64,000 nucleotides of DNA from Patescibacteria group bacterium (GTDB lineage Bacteria > Patescibacteriota > Minisyncoccia > UBA6257 > GWB1-50-10), in the NCBI GenBank assembly GCA_023474215.1, contig JAMCYI010000006.1, forward strand, positions 65,452 through 129,451, written 5' to 3'. Positions 9,026 to 18,134 of this stretch are shown here, piece after piece (the stretch's first letter is position 1; each line of letters starts with the position of its first letter). Made by a program: the position numbers and the translations under genes. The notes under the pieces are model-generated. The model was not told the DNA's origin. It searched no databases and saw only the letters and a program-made list of their open reading frames with translations.

Positions 9026-10567
9026 ATGGAACACGGGCCCTGGAACCTCAACTGGGAAAAAGAAAGAGAAAACGAAGAAAGAAGGGAGAAGAAAAAGGAA
9101 AAGATCAATGAAGCATCGGAAGCCGAGTACGAGAAGCACAAGAACGAAGGAGAACAAAAAGACAAGGATCGATTCGACGAGATGATCGATGTTTGGGGCG
9201 CAAAGGCTGCCGGCGCGAAGGTACGAGGAGAAAAACTAGAAGTTCCAAAAGATACAGTGATCCCAAGAAGGATCACCGAGCGCGCCGAAGCGGCACTCTT
9301 CCTCGGGAACATCAGGAAACGCCTGAAGGCAGATCCGGAATGGGACAAGATACCCCGAAAGGAAGCTGCCTTCAATCTTTCAACATTCGGAAATATCATC
9401 GACTCCTTCAAAAATGCCGATATACCCCCTTATACAACAGAGAAGGCGCGGCAGGAATTCAGAGACCATTACGGTTTTTTCTATTTTTCCGGCAACGTCG
9501 GGTATTCCGAAAGGCATCATCGGTACGAGATTAGAAAACCGTCGGGACTCGGCTATGAAATCCAGCAGATCATGATAAAAGACGCGGGCTTTTCGATCGA
9601 TCCGGAAAACATCGGCTTCTTCGAACCGGGGAAGGAAGATGAAATTGCCGTCCCCAATTTGCGGAACGCGCTCGAAGTTTATTTCAACGAGCGGGATCAC
9701 TCTTCCATCGGTACGACGTGGTTCCTCTTCAAGAAACTGTGGGAAGGAGGGTTTTTCGAACGCTTTAACCCGAAGGAAAAAGCCGAAATGATGGGACTCG
9801 CCGTTTTTGCCGATCTCATCGAGAAGGGTAAGTGGCTCGACTTCGCGAAGATCGGCTTCTTCGACGACCGGGAAATCAATCTTTTCAAGATCAACCGGAA
9901 GTTGTCCAAAGAACAACTCAGAAACATCATGAACGATTTTTTGACCGGCGAGATGGACGACATGCCGCAGGATTTCGGAGCAATGAACCGAAGGGTCCAG
10001 GACATCATCGTCAAAAAGGCTTCGGCCCCCTTGAGCAAAGAATTCATCGAAAAGCGCGGGCTCCAAGAATTCGTCAACGGGCACATGAGGGAATCGCGGG
10101 AAGCCGAAGCATACCTCAAGTCCGGCAAAAATTCGTTCGGCAGCCGATTCGGAAAGGTGATCTTCGTCGAAGGGATGGGTGAAAAATTGCCCGCTCCCCT
10201 TCTCGCCATTGCAGAAGACGCTCCGCAAGACGAGCGGACCCGCCGGCCGTTGTGGAAAAAGATCAACGGATACTTCGAGGCCAACGAAGACCATCTCCTC
10301 GCTTACCTTCCCGTGAGGCATGCAAAAGGAGTTTTTGGGACCATCGCGGATCAAGCGAGAAAAAACGGCCTGAATCCGCAAACGAGCGAGATTTCAGGCT
10401 GGATAAAGCTTTTTATACCATTCCGCGGAAAAGAAGACGATCAGCTGATAAACCTCCTCAGGGAACAATTGCTCGGCATCGAACCGCGAGGACCAAGAAG
10501 AGGACAAGAAGAACGAAAACCTCCCCGAACAGGGAAGAAAAAAGAGAAGACTCTCGTCGAGCGATAA
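9026..10567 (+). CDS. Hypothetical protein with charged N- and C-termini
   Basis: Long ORF; likely start MEHGPW at 9026 (TATGAT 6 nt upstream); no recognisable domain. Confidence 0.75.
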   Translation: MEHGPWNLNWEKERENEERREKKKEKINEASEAEYEKHKNEGEQKDKDRFDEMIDVWGAKAAGAKVRGEKLEVPKDTVIPRRITERAEAALFLGNIRKRLKADPEWDKIPRKEAAFNLSTFGNIIDSFKNADIPPYTTEKARQEFRDHYGFFYFSGNVGYSERHHRYEIRKPSGLGYEIQQIMIKDAGFSIDPENIGFFEPGKEDEIAVPNLRNALEVYFNERDHSSIGTTWFLFKKLWEGGFFERFNPKEKAEMMGLAVFADLIEKGKWLDFAKIGFFDDREINLFKINRKLSKEQLRNIMNDFLTGEMDDMPQDFGAMNRRVQDIIVKKASAPLSKEFIEKRGLQEFVNGHMRESREAEAYLKSGKNSFGSRFGKVIFVEGMGEKLPAPLLAIAEDAPQDERTRRPLWKKINGYFEANEDHLLAYLPVRHAKGVFGTIADQARKNGLNPQTSEISGWIKLFIPFRGKEDDQLINLLREQLLGIEPRGPRRGQEERKPPRTGKKKEKTLVER

Positions 10568-10594
10568 AAGTCTCGAGGATTTACCCCAACACGC

Positions 10595-10683
10595 GGGTAT
10601 ACCCGTAGTAAACGAGGGCGAACCCGACGATGGTAAAGACCCAAAATTCCATCCGTGACCACATGATGGGTTCTAGTATACGG
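10595..10683. other. Structured intergenic element between convergent genes
   Basis: Nested pairings gtatac/gtatac, gaaccc/gggttc, gatgg/ccatc. Confidence 0.45.
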
Positions 10684-10687
10684 ATTT

Positions 10688-11932
10688 TTATTCATAATGC
10701 AATGCCTCGATCGGACTTTTCTTGGCGGCTTGGCGCGCAGGATAGAAACCGAAGACCAATCCGACCAAAATCGAGACACCGGCGCCGAGCATGACGGCGC
10801 CGAGGGGCAAGGCGAACGTCCATGCGACATTCAAAAGCCGGGCGATCACGAGGTATGCCCCGAACGTCACAAGTCCGCCGAGAATGATCCCCATGATGCC
10901 CCCGAGAAGCGTTAAGAGCGTTGCTTCGATTAAAAATTGCCGTAAAATGTCCGCGGTCGTCGCGCCGACGGCTTTCCGGAGGCCGATCTCCCGCGTTCGT
11001 TCGACGACCGATACGAGCATGATATTCATGATCCCGATCCCCCCCACAATGAGGGAAATGGAAGCAATTGCCGTGAGAAAAATGGTCATGACGGATGTGA
11101 TGTTTCCTAAAATGGAAAGGATATCGGCTTGCGTCTCGACCGTGAAATCGTCCTTCACCGGATCCGTGATGTGGTGAGTTTGCCTCAAGACCGTCTTCAC
11201 CCGCGATGTCACAAAACTGATGTCGTAAGAACTGTTCGCTTGTACGAGGATGTAATTGTAGTAGTTGATGCCCAAGAGCTGGTTTTGTGCGACGGTCACA
11301 GGAACCAAAACCATGTTGTTTTGATCGATCCCTCCCGGTCCCACCCCTTCGTCCGTCAAAACGCCCACCACTTGGAGCGGGATGTTTTGCACGCGAACGA
11401 ACTTTCCGACCGGGGTGACGCCGCTGAAGAGCGTCTTTGCAACGGTCGAACCGAGGATCACGACCCGATTCGAAGAATCGATGTCCGATTGATTGAACAT
11501 CCTTCCCGATGAAACACCGAAATTCCGCATGGGGAAGAATTCGGATGTCACTCCTTCATACGGGACCGACGTGTCATTGTTGCCGTACGCGACGGTCGCT
11601 TGCCCATTCACGATCGGCGCAACGGCCGTAATGGTCGGCTCCCGTTCGAGCGCCGTGACATCGCCCGCGACGAGGGTTTTAATCACGATCCCCCGTTCCG
11701 ATGCCGGAGCTGAAAACTTCGATCCGCCCGTACCGCCCGGTATGATGAAGATCAAATTGGAACCGACACCCTTCACCTGGTTCAAGATGTAATCCTGCGC
11801 CGATTGGCCGACGGACATCAAAATGATGACCGATGCAACGCCGATGACGATCCCCAAGATCGTAAGGAAGGAGCGCATTTTCGAATGCTCCACATTCCGA
11901 AGCGCCGTTTTGAATGCGTCATTAAATCTCAT
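10688..11932 (-). CDS. MacB-like ABC transporter permease
   Basis: [42 protein letters not shown]. Confidence 0.95.
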   Translation of the reverse strand: MRFNDAFKTALRNVEHSKMRSFLTILGIVIGVASVIILMSVGQSAQDYILNQVKGVGSNLIFIIPGGTGGSKFSAPASERGIVIKTLVAGDVTALEREPTITAVAPIVNGQATVAYGNNDTSVPYEGVTSEFFPMRNFGVSSGRMFNQSDIDSSNRVVILGSTVAKTLFSGVTPVGKFVRVQNIPLQVVGVLTDEGVGPGGIDQNNMVLVPVTVAQNQLLGINYYNYILVQANSSYDISFVTSRVKTVLRQTHHITDPVKDDFTVETQADILSILGNITSVMTIFLTAIASISLIVGGIGIMNIMLVSVVERTREIGLRKAVGATTADILRQFLIEATLLTLLGGIMGIILGGLVTFGAYLVIARLLNVAWTFALPLGAVMLGAGVSILVGLVFGFYPARQAAKKSPIEALHYE

Positions 11933-12642
11933 TTGAAGAAATCGTCTATCTTCCGACGGTTGTGGACCGGCACATCGCTTTCGATCTCGCCGTCCTTGAG
12001 GCGGATCAGCCGCTCGGCGAATTCCGCCGTGTATGTTTCGTGGGTCACGAGGATCACCGTGTGCCCCCCGTCGTTCAAGCGCCGCAAAATCTCCATAACT
12101 TGGCCGCCCGATCTCGAATCAAGATTGCCGGTCGGCTCATCCGCAAAAATGACGTTCGGGTTATTAACGAGAGCTCGCGCGATCGCGACCCGCTGTTTTT
12201 GCCCTCCGGAAAGATTTCCTGCCACGACGCCGATCTTTTCCGAAAGGCCGACGGATTCGACTGCTTTCTCGACCTCTCTTTTTCTTTCATGCGGCGATAT
12301 GTTGTCATTATACAGAAGCGGCAATTCGACGTTTTCATAAACCGAAAGCTTCCCCAAAAGATTGAAATCTTGAAAGATAAACCCCATCTCATCGTTCCGT
12401 ATTTCCGCGAGTTCGAGATCGTTCAATTCTTCCATCACCTTCCCCATAAACGAATAAGAACCGGATGTCGGCCGGTCCAAAAATCCCAAGATATGGAGGA
12501 GTGTCGACTTCCCGGAACCCGATGGTCCCATGATCGCGACAAATTCTCCTTTTTGGATCTCGAACGAAACGCCGCGAAGCGCTTGCGTTTCTGATCCGTC
12601 ATCTTGATATACCTTTTTGAGATTTTTTACGGAGATCATCAA
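11929..12642 (-). CDS. ABC transporter ATP-binding protein (MacB/LolD type)
   Basis: [33 protein letters not shown]. Confidence 0.96.
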   Translation of the reverse strand: MMISVKNLKKVYQDDGSETQALRGVSFEIQKGEFVAIMGPSGSGKSTLLHILGFLDRPTSGSYSFMGKVMEELNDLELAEIRNDEMGFIFQDFNLLGKLSVYENVELPLLYNDNISPHERKREVEKAVESVGLSEKIGVVAGNLSGGQKQRVAIARALVNNPNVIFADEPTGNLDSRSGGQVMEILRRLNDGGHTVILVTHETYTAEFAERLIRLKDGEIESDVPVHNRRKIDDFFK

Positions 12643-12651
12643 AAACTAACT

Positions 12652-14217
12652 TTAGGGATTCAAGCCAACATTGAGAACCTGATCCCCTTCCGAAAGGCCG
12701 CTGGTAACCTCCGCATTCCCGTTTTGGTCCTGGATCCCGAGCGTGATCGGCACCTGCTCCTGCTTCCCGTTCACCATCTTCACGGCAAAGGTCCCTTGAT
12801 CGTTCTGAATGATCGCGAACTGGGGAACGATAAGTACATTGTCTTTCCTTTGCGTCTCAATGGTGAGGTTTGCCGTAAGGCCGCTCTTGAACCGCGGGTC
12901 AACGGCGTCGAAGTTAACCTTTACTTTATAGTTGGCAACGCCGTTCACGATGGTCTCGGCGGGGTCGATGGAGAGAAGATGTCCCGTGAACGTCTCCCCA
13001 GGAAGAGCGTCGAGCGTGATGCTTACCGGATCGCCGACTTTGAGCTTTGCGACATCCGATTCCGCGACGTATGCTTCGACTTCCAAGCTGTTGTTTCCGA
13101 TGATCGAGATGACGGTCTCTCCGGCGGTGGCAACTTCACCTTTCTTCGGCACGACGTTCGTCACCGTGCCGGCAACGGGCGACCGGAGAACGGTTTGACT
13201 GATTTGCGCTTGAATAAGCGACACTTGAGCTTTTGCTTGGGAAACGGCTGCTTCATCGGCCGCTATTTGGTCCGGCGTTGCGGGAGCTTGTTTCAAGGCC
13301 AGTTGCTTTTCGGCGACCGCAACCGCTGTTTGATCCGAATCCAGCGCACTTTCCGACGTGACGACGTCCCCGATCGCCGTCACAACTTCCGCCCTTCCCG
13401 ATGCAACATCTGTTTTCCACGTATCGAGGCTGGATGCCGAAACGCTTCCCGAAGGACTCACGAGATTCAGGGCCGACGCAACGTCCGCCAAGAAGTTTTG
13501 AATGTCGCCCAAATACCCCTTCGTCTCCTTGAGGATGGCAGGGAGATCGCTTGTCGCTGTGAGGCTGGAAAGCGAACTGTTCCACGCGCTGAAATCAGAC
13601 TCGATGCTCAATCGCTCCGACTGAATGTCCACTGCAAGCTGTTGGTTGGGTATCGAAAAGACGAGCTGCGGATTTGTCCGAGGATTCGTGAAAATTTGAT
13701 CGGCTTGGTTGTAAACCGCGTCATCGGCCTTCGTGGAAGCGTCTTGAACGGTCGAAACGACGTTCTTTTCCGCTCCAAGAAGGGCACTTTCGGCGTTCGA
13801 AACTTCGGCGAAAGAAACCGCGATATCCTGCGGCGTTGCGCCGTTTTGAAGGACGCCGAGATTCGCTTCGGCTTGTGCCACGCTTGCTTCGGCTTGCTGA
13901 AGCTCCGCTTGAAGTACGCTCGAATCCTCGGTCAAAAGGATGTCTCCCGCATTCACCGTATCCCCCGTCGCAACGTTGACCTTGGCGACGGTACCCGCTC
14001 CTTGAAACGACAAATCGACGTTTTCCGACGACGTGATGTCGCCGGTCACGACGACATCTTGCGTGATCGTCCCCGACTTCACCGTAATGAGATCGGCTGT
14101 TTGCTGTTTTTTGCCGCCGAAAACGAAAAAGGCAGCGACCGCAAGAACAACAACCGCGAGGATGATGTTCCGCGGTCGCTTGAAGAACCGGAAAAACCCC
14201 TTGATCTTATTTTTCAT
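12652..14217 (-). CDS. Efflux periplasmic adaptor (MacA/HlyD-like) with long helical insert
   Basis: N-terminal TM, lipoyl-type motifs, coiled coil, GLSEGDQV C-terminus. Confidence 0.9.
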   Translation of the reverse strand: MKNKIKGFFRFFKRPRNIILAVVVLAVAAFFVFGGKKQQTADLITVKSGTITQDVVVTGDITSSENVDLSFQGAGTVAKVNVATGDTVNAGDILLTEDSSVLQAELQQAEASVAQAEANLGVLQNGATPQDIAVSFAEVSNAESALLGAEKNVVSTVQDASTKADDAVYNQADQIFTNPRTNPQLVFSIPNQQLAVDIQSERLSIESDFSAWNSSLSSLTATSDLPAILKETKGYLGDIQNFLADVASALNLVSPSGSVSASSLDTWKTDVASGRAEVVTAIGDVVTSESALDSDQTAVAVAEKQLALKQAPATPDQIAADEAAVSQAKAQVSLIQAQISQTVLRSPVAGTVTNVVPKKGEVATAGETVISIIGNNSLEVEAYVAESDVAKLKVGDPVSITLDALPGETFTGHLLSIDPAETIVNGVANYKVKVNFDAVDPRFKSGLTANLTIETQRKDNVLIVPQFAIIQNDQGTFAVKMVNGKQEQVPITLGIQDQNGNAEVTSGLSEGDQVLNVGLNP

Positions 14218-14242
14218 ACGAAGTCCCCTCTATAGTACCATG

Positions 14243-14968
14243 TCACACAATTCCGTAAAAGAGATTGGTCCAAATTGGCAAGAGATTGAATATGAGCAGA
14301 ATTCCGATGAAGATCAAAAATAGGCCGGCAATGAAATAGATCGCATTCAAGTAGCGTTCGATCTTCGCCAAATAATCGGAAACATACGCAATGGTCAAGG
14401 CGACCAGAAAGAACGGCAAGCCGAGACCCAGAGAAAATACGCCGAGGAGCGCCGCGCTTCTCACGGCTTCGCCGGTTATTGCGGCCATCGTCATGATCGC
14501 CCCCAAAACGGGGCCGATGCACGGGGTCCACCCGAGGCCGAAGGTCGCGCCGAAGATAAAGGAACTTAAGGCATTCCCCGGTCTCAGCAATCGGCCAATG
14601 TTCAAGCGCCGTTCTTTATAGAGAAACGAAAGAAATTTGAATCGGCCCTCCGTCACCATAAAAAGACCGAAGAGCACGATCAAAATCCCGCCGATCCGGA
14701 GGAGGAGAAGCCGGTATCTCAAAAGCGGGATGCCGAGGAGCCCGAGGACCGATCCAAAAAGAACGAACACGAACGAAAATCCGAGGATTGCAAACACCGC
14801 GTTCCAAACGATTTTCAACTTCATCTTTTCCATCTTTTCCTTGTCGGCGAGATCCGCCATCGGCACGCCGCTTATGAACGCCAAAAAGGCCGGCACAAGC
14901 GGCAAGGTGCAAGGAGCGAGGAAGGTTACGACGCCGCCCGCAAATGCCGGTATGAGGAGCGGATCCAT
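14243..14968 (-). CDS. ccdA: CcdA/DsbD-type transmembrane thiol-disulfide transporter
   Basis: FLAPCTLPLVP and GWTPCIGPVL. Confidence 0.92.
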   Translation of the reverse strand: MDPLLIPAFAGGVVTFLAPCTLPLVPAFLAFISGVPMADLADKEKMEKMKLKIVWNAVFAILGFSFVFVLFGSVLGLLGIPLLRYRLLLLRIGGILIVLFGLFMVTEGRFKFLSFLYKERRLNIGRLLRPGNALSSFIFGATFGLGWTPCIGPVLGAIMTMAAITGEAVRSAALLGVFSLGLGLPFFLVALTIAYVSDYLAKIERYLNAIYFIAGLFLIFIGILLIFNLLPIWTNLFYGIV

Positions 14969-14974
14969 AGAGAA

Positions 14975-15217
14975 CTATTTTATGTTCAAAAGCTTCGCAA
15001 GCGTTGCTTGATCGAAGCCGACGACGATCTGTCCGCCGACGTCGATCACCGGAACGCCGAGCTGGCCGGATTTTGTGACCATATCCTGGCGCGCTTGGAG
15101 ATCCTTTGCGACGTCCTTTTCAACATACTCCACGTTGTGCGAGCGGAAGAATGCTTTTGCCATCCGGCAGAACACGCACGTGGGGGTCGTATAAATGGTG
15201 ACGTTCGGGTTTTCCAT
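14975..15217 (-). CDS. Glutaredoxin/NrdH-like redoxin
   Basis: CVFC, GQLGVPVI, VGFD. Confidence 0.92.
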   Translation of the reverse strand: MENPNVTIYTTPTCVFCRMAKAFFRSHNVEYVEKDVAKDLQARQDMVTKSGQLGVPVIDVGGQIVVGFDQATLAKLLNIK

Positions 15218-15225
15218 ACTCTACT

Positions 15226-15253
15226 ATTTTACCAATATCCTTTTTCCTGTCAA
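15226..15253 (-). promoter_or_regulatory. Sigma-70 promoter for redoxin-ccdA
   Basis: TTGACA-16-TAAAAT with extended TG, 8 nt before ATG. Confidence 0.75.
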
Positions 15254-15331
15254 AGGGCTTTCTGATTCTTGCTCGTTCATAGGTTCTCGGCCGCTAAAAG
15301 CCCCCCAGATTCCACTCTCGAGGTGTAAGAA

Positions 15332-15886
15332 TTAGCGTGGGTACTGATAATACCAACGCGGTGGATTTCCTTTATTCTGCTCTACTTGGTTCTGATAGAA
15401 ATTAATACCTGCAAAAAGAATTAATGAAACAATACCAAGTATCAGCAATGTTTTAGCGGCATTCCGCCTTTTGTTAGTTTCCCTATCATGCACTTGCACT
15501 TGAGGATCTTTGCTGGTATCCATTTTTTCGTCGATAACCATTTCATCCGTCCTTATGCTATTGCCACCGTTTACCCTCCACTGGTTTATCAAAACTTGGT
15601 TTCGGAGAGATGTTTTTACATTTGCCTCATGAGCAAGGAAGGTGCAAATAATTGCCGCAAGCAAAAACATCCAAGATAAAAGCAATATCCACCAATCTAT
15701 GGGTTTTTCTTTTAAAAAAGAAACAAAGGCTATAGATACTCCAAATGCACCTGTTCCCAACAGAAGAATTATGTTGTCCATCTGCCTCAGGGAATCTATC
15801 TTGAGCTGGTGATGCATCTGCCAATTTGAAACTGCAATCTCGTCCTTTCTCTTCCTCTCCTTCTCCTTTTCATCAGCGGTATCCAT
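15332..15886 (-). CDS. Hypothetical membrane protein, AT-rich relative to neighbours
   Basis: 184 aa, three hydrophobic helices; TATAAT 8 nt before ATG. Confidence 0.75.
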   Translation of the reverse strand: MDTADEKEKERKRKDEIAVSNWQMHHQLKIDSLRQMDNIILLLGTGAFGVSIAFVSFLKEKPIDWWILLLSWMFLLAAIICTFLAHEANVKTSLRNQVLINQWRVNGGNSIRTDEMVIDEKMDTSKDPQVQVHDRETNKRRNAAKTLLILGIVSLILFAGINFYQNQVEQNKGNPPRWYYQYPR

Positions 15887-15915
15887 CGCCCTCCATTATA
15901 CATCAAAACCAAGGA

Positions 15916-16123
15916 AGATCCGCTTTCTTTTGAGCGGGTTTTTGAGGCGAGGTTATAAATTCCCAAGCGAAGACACAGGAAATAGGAATTTATCGCTGTG
16001 TGAATCCCGACGGTTTCATTTATGAAACCAAGGTTGAGTTCGAAAATTCCGTTCATTTCCCAGGATAAGCGAGGAGAATTTACCCGAGCCGAAACTCACG
16101 CCCGCGAGAGAGAAGGCGGATCT
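15916..16123. other. ~208-nt rod-like imperfect hairpin (palindromic element or ncRNA)
   Basis: agatccgctttct/agaaggcggatct, gcggg/cccgc, taaattc/gaattta, ggaaat/atttcc, ggaattt/aaattcc, apex ggtttcatttatgaaacc. Confidence 0.7.
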
Positions 16124-18089
16124 ACCACTCCACGTCGATCCCCTCGTCCTCGTCGCTGTACCGTACCTCATCTTTCAAACCGTACCCCGACAGATCCTCA
16201 TGAGAGAGCGTCCCAAAGACGTTCGCCGGCTCTAAAAACCGCGAGATCCGGTTCCCGAGGTAGGCGCTCCGTCCGTCATCCAAGTGGAAGAAGAGATAGA
16301 GGCGCTCCTTGGCCCGCGTGACCGCCACGTAGAGCAACCTCCCCTCTTCTTCGATATCCTCGTCGAAATCCATCGATCGTTTCGAAGGCAGCGTCCCCTC
16401 GGAAACACCCAAGAGATATACCGTATTCCACTCGAGGCCCTTTGCCGAATGAATGGTCGAGAGCGTCAAAAACTCTTCCTCGTTTTCATCCCGGCCTTCC
16501 GGTATGTCGATCGAAAGATCGGCAAGGAACGCATCGAGCTCATGATACTCTTCCGCGAGATCCTTGATCGTCTCAAGGTCCTGGAGGCGCGCCGGCCAAT
16601 CGTCGAATTTTTCGCGGAAGATCGGCAAATAAAAATCCATGACCCGACCCAAAAGATCGAAGGGGTCGTTCTTCAAGCGGGATGCATCGGCAACCGCTTC
16701 TTTCAATCTCAAAACCTCCCCTGCATTCCTGCCGGCAAGCCCCGCTTGTTCGAGCATGGGGAGCGCTTCGTCGAGATTGCCCGCCTTTTCCATCTCCCCC
16801 CACAGCGTTTCGGCCGTCTTCTTGCCGACGCCCGGCAGAAGATTCAAGATCCTCCCCCAACTTATTTCGTCCTTGTGGTTCGCGATCACTTTCGCGAAGG
16901 CGAGAAAATCCTTTACATGCGCCGTCTCGTAAAACCGGAGGCCGCCGAATACCTTGTATGGGATCCTCATTTTTGAAAGCTCCGCTTGGAGCATGATCGA
17001 GACGTACGTCGACCGGAAAAGGACGGCTTGTTCCCGGAGCGGCACGCCTTGCGATGCGAGCGCGATGACCTTTTCGGCGATCCACTCCGTTTCATCGGCG
17101 ACAGTGCCGAAATAAAGAAACTTCGGCCGTTCTCCGGTCTTCCCTTTCGCGGACACGAGCTCTTTTTTGAACTTGTCCGCCATGTTCCGGAGAAGCTCAT
17201 TCGATAGATTAAGGATCGCTTGCGTCGAGCGGTAATTTTCCTCGAGTTTGATGAGTTTCGTCCCCGGGAAGTATTCCGGGAAATCCATGATGTTCTTGTG
17301 CGAAGCGCCGCGGAAACCGTAAATGCTCTGCGCATCGTCCCCGACCGCGAGGACGTTCCCCGTCCGCTTCCCCAAGAGGTGCGTCAGGTCTCCCTGCACG
17401 GGGTTCGTGTCCTGAAATTCGTCGACCATGACGTATTCGTACCGCGAAGCGATCTCCCCGCCGGTCTTTTGAAGCACCAAAAGATCCCGCGCATAAAGCA
17501 ACAGGTCGTCGAAATCGACATATCCGCTTTCCTTCTTCCGCAGCTGGTACCGCTCAAAAACGGCTTCGATTTCCGGCACGAAATCGGCAAGGTGGGAAAA
17601 GTACCGGCCGACGACATCCTCGAGATCTAATCCCTTGTTCGCCGAAAGGCTGAACATGCTTCTCAAGGTGTCTTTTTTGGGAAACGCTTCCTTTTTTTCC
17701 TTCACATTGAACGCGTTCAAGATCTTCCCGATGAGCTCTTCCGCATCGCCCTCGTCGAGAACGGAAAGCGTTTTCCGCAATCCAAGTTCGCTGCCATAGA
17801 TCCGAAGAAGTTTGTACGCGAACGAATGGAACGTGCCGCCGTCGACCGCTTCGCATCGCTTGTCGTGGGAAGCGGCCCGCGCAAGCATTTCCCTGGCGGC
17901 TCGCTTCGTAAACGTCAAAAGGAGGATCTTCCGCGGATCGACACCGGAGCGGATGAGATTCAAAACGCGATATTCAATGACGCGGGTTTTCCCCGAACCC
18001 GGCCCCGCGATCACGAGGACCGGCCCGTCTTTCGTTTCGACCGCTTCGCGCTGTTCGCGGTTCAAGTTCTTCAATATCTCGTTTTCCAC
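16122..18089 (-). CDS. UvrD/PcrA/Rep family ATP-dependent helicase
   Basis: AGPGSGKT, VDEFQDTN, VGDDAQSIYGFRGA, ENYRS, TIHSAKGLEW, YVAVTRA; GTG start at 18089. Confidence 0.95.
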   Translation of the reverse strand: MENEILKNLNREQREAVETKDGPVLVIAGPGSGKTRVIEYRVLNLIRSGVDPRKILLLTFTKRAAREMLARAASHDKRCEAVDGGTFHSFAYKLLRIYGSELGLRKTLSVLDEGDAEELIGKILNAFNVKEKKEAFPKKDTLRSMFSLSANKGLDLEDVVGRYFSHLADFVPEIEAVFERYQLRKKESGYVDFDDLLLYARDLLVLQKTGGEIASRYEYVMVDEFQDTNPVQGDLTHLLGKRTGNVLAVGDDAQSIYGFRGASHKNIMDFPEYFPGTKLIKLEENYRSTQAILNLSNELLRNMADKFKKELVSAKGKTGERPKFLYFGTVADETEWIAEKVIALASQGVPLREQAVLFRSTYVSIMLQAELSKMRIPYKVFGGLRFYETAHVKDFLAFAKVIANHKDEISWGRILNLLPGVGKKTAETLWGEMEKAGNLDEALPMLEQAGLAGRNAGEVLRLKEAVADASRLKNDPFDLLGRVMDFYLPIFREKFDDWPARLQDLETIKDLAEEYHELDAFLADLSIDIPEGRDENEEEFLTLSTIHSAKGLEWNTVYLLGVSEGTLPSKRSMDFDEDIEEEGRLLYVAVTRAKERLYLFFHLDDGRSAYLGNRISRFLEPANVFGTLSHEDLSGYGLKDEVRYSDEDEGIDVEW

Positions 18090-18134
18090 AGCTTCACTAT
18101 ATATTTGTTGCAAAAGGAATACAATGAAAATCAT

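Noticed and set aside
12604-14235. Long antisense ORFs (for example 12604-14235, 4728-5900, 36639-37892, 62348-63361)
   Set aside because: They shadow well-supported genes on the opposite strand and carry no motifs.
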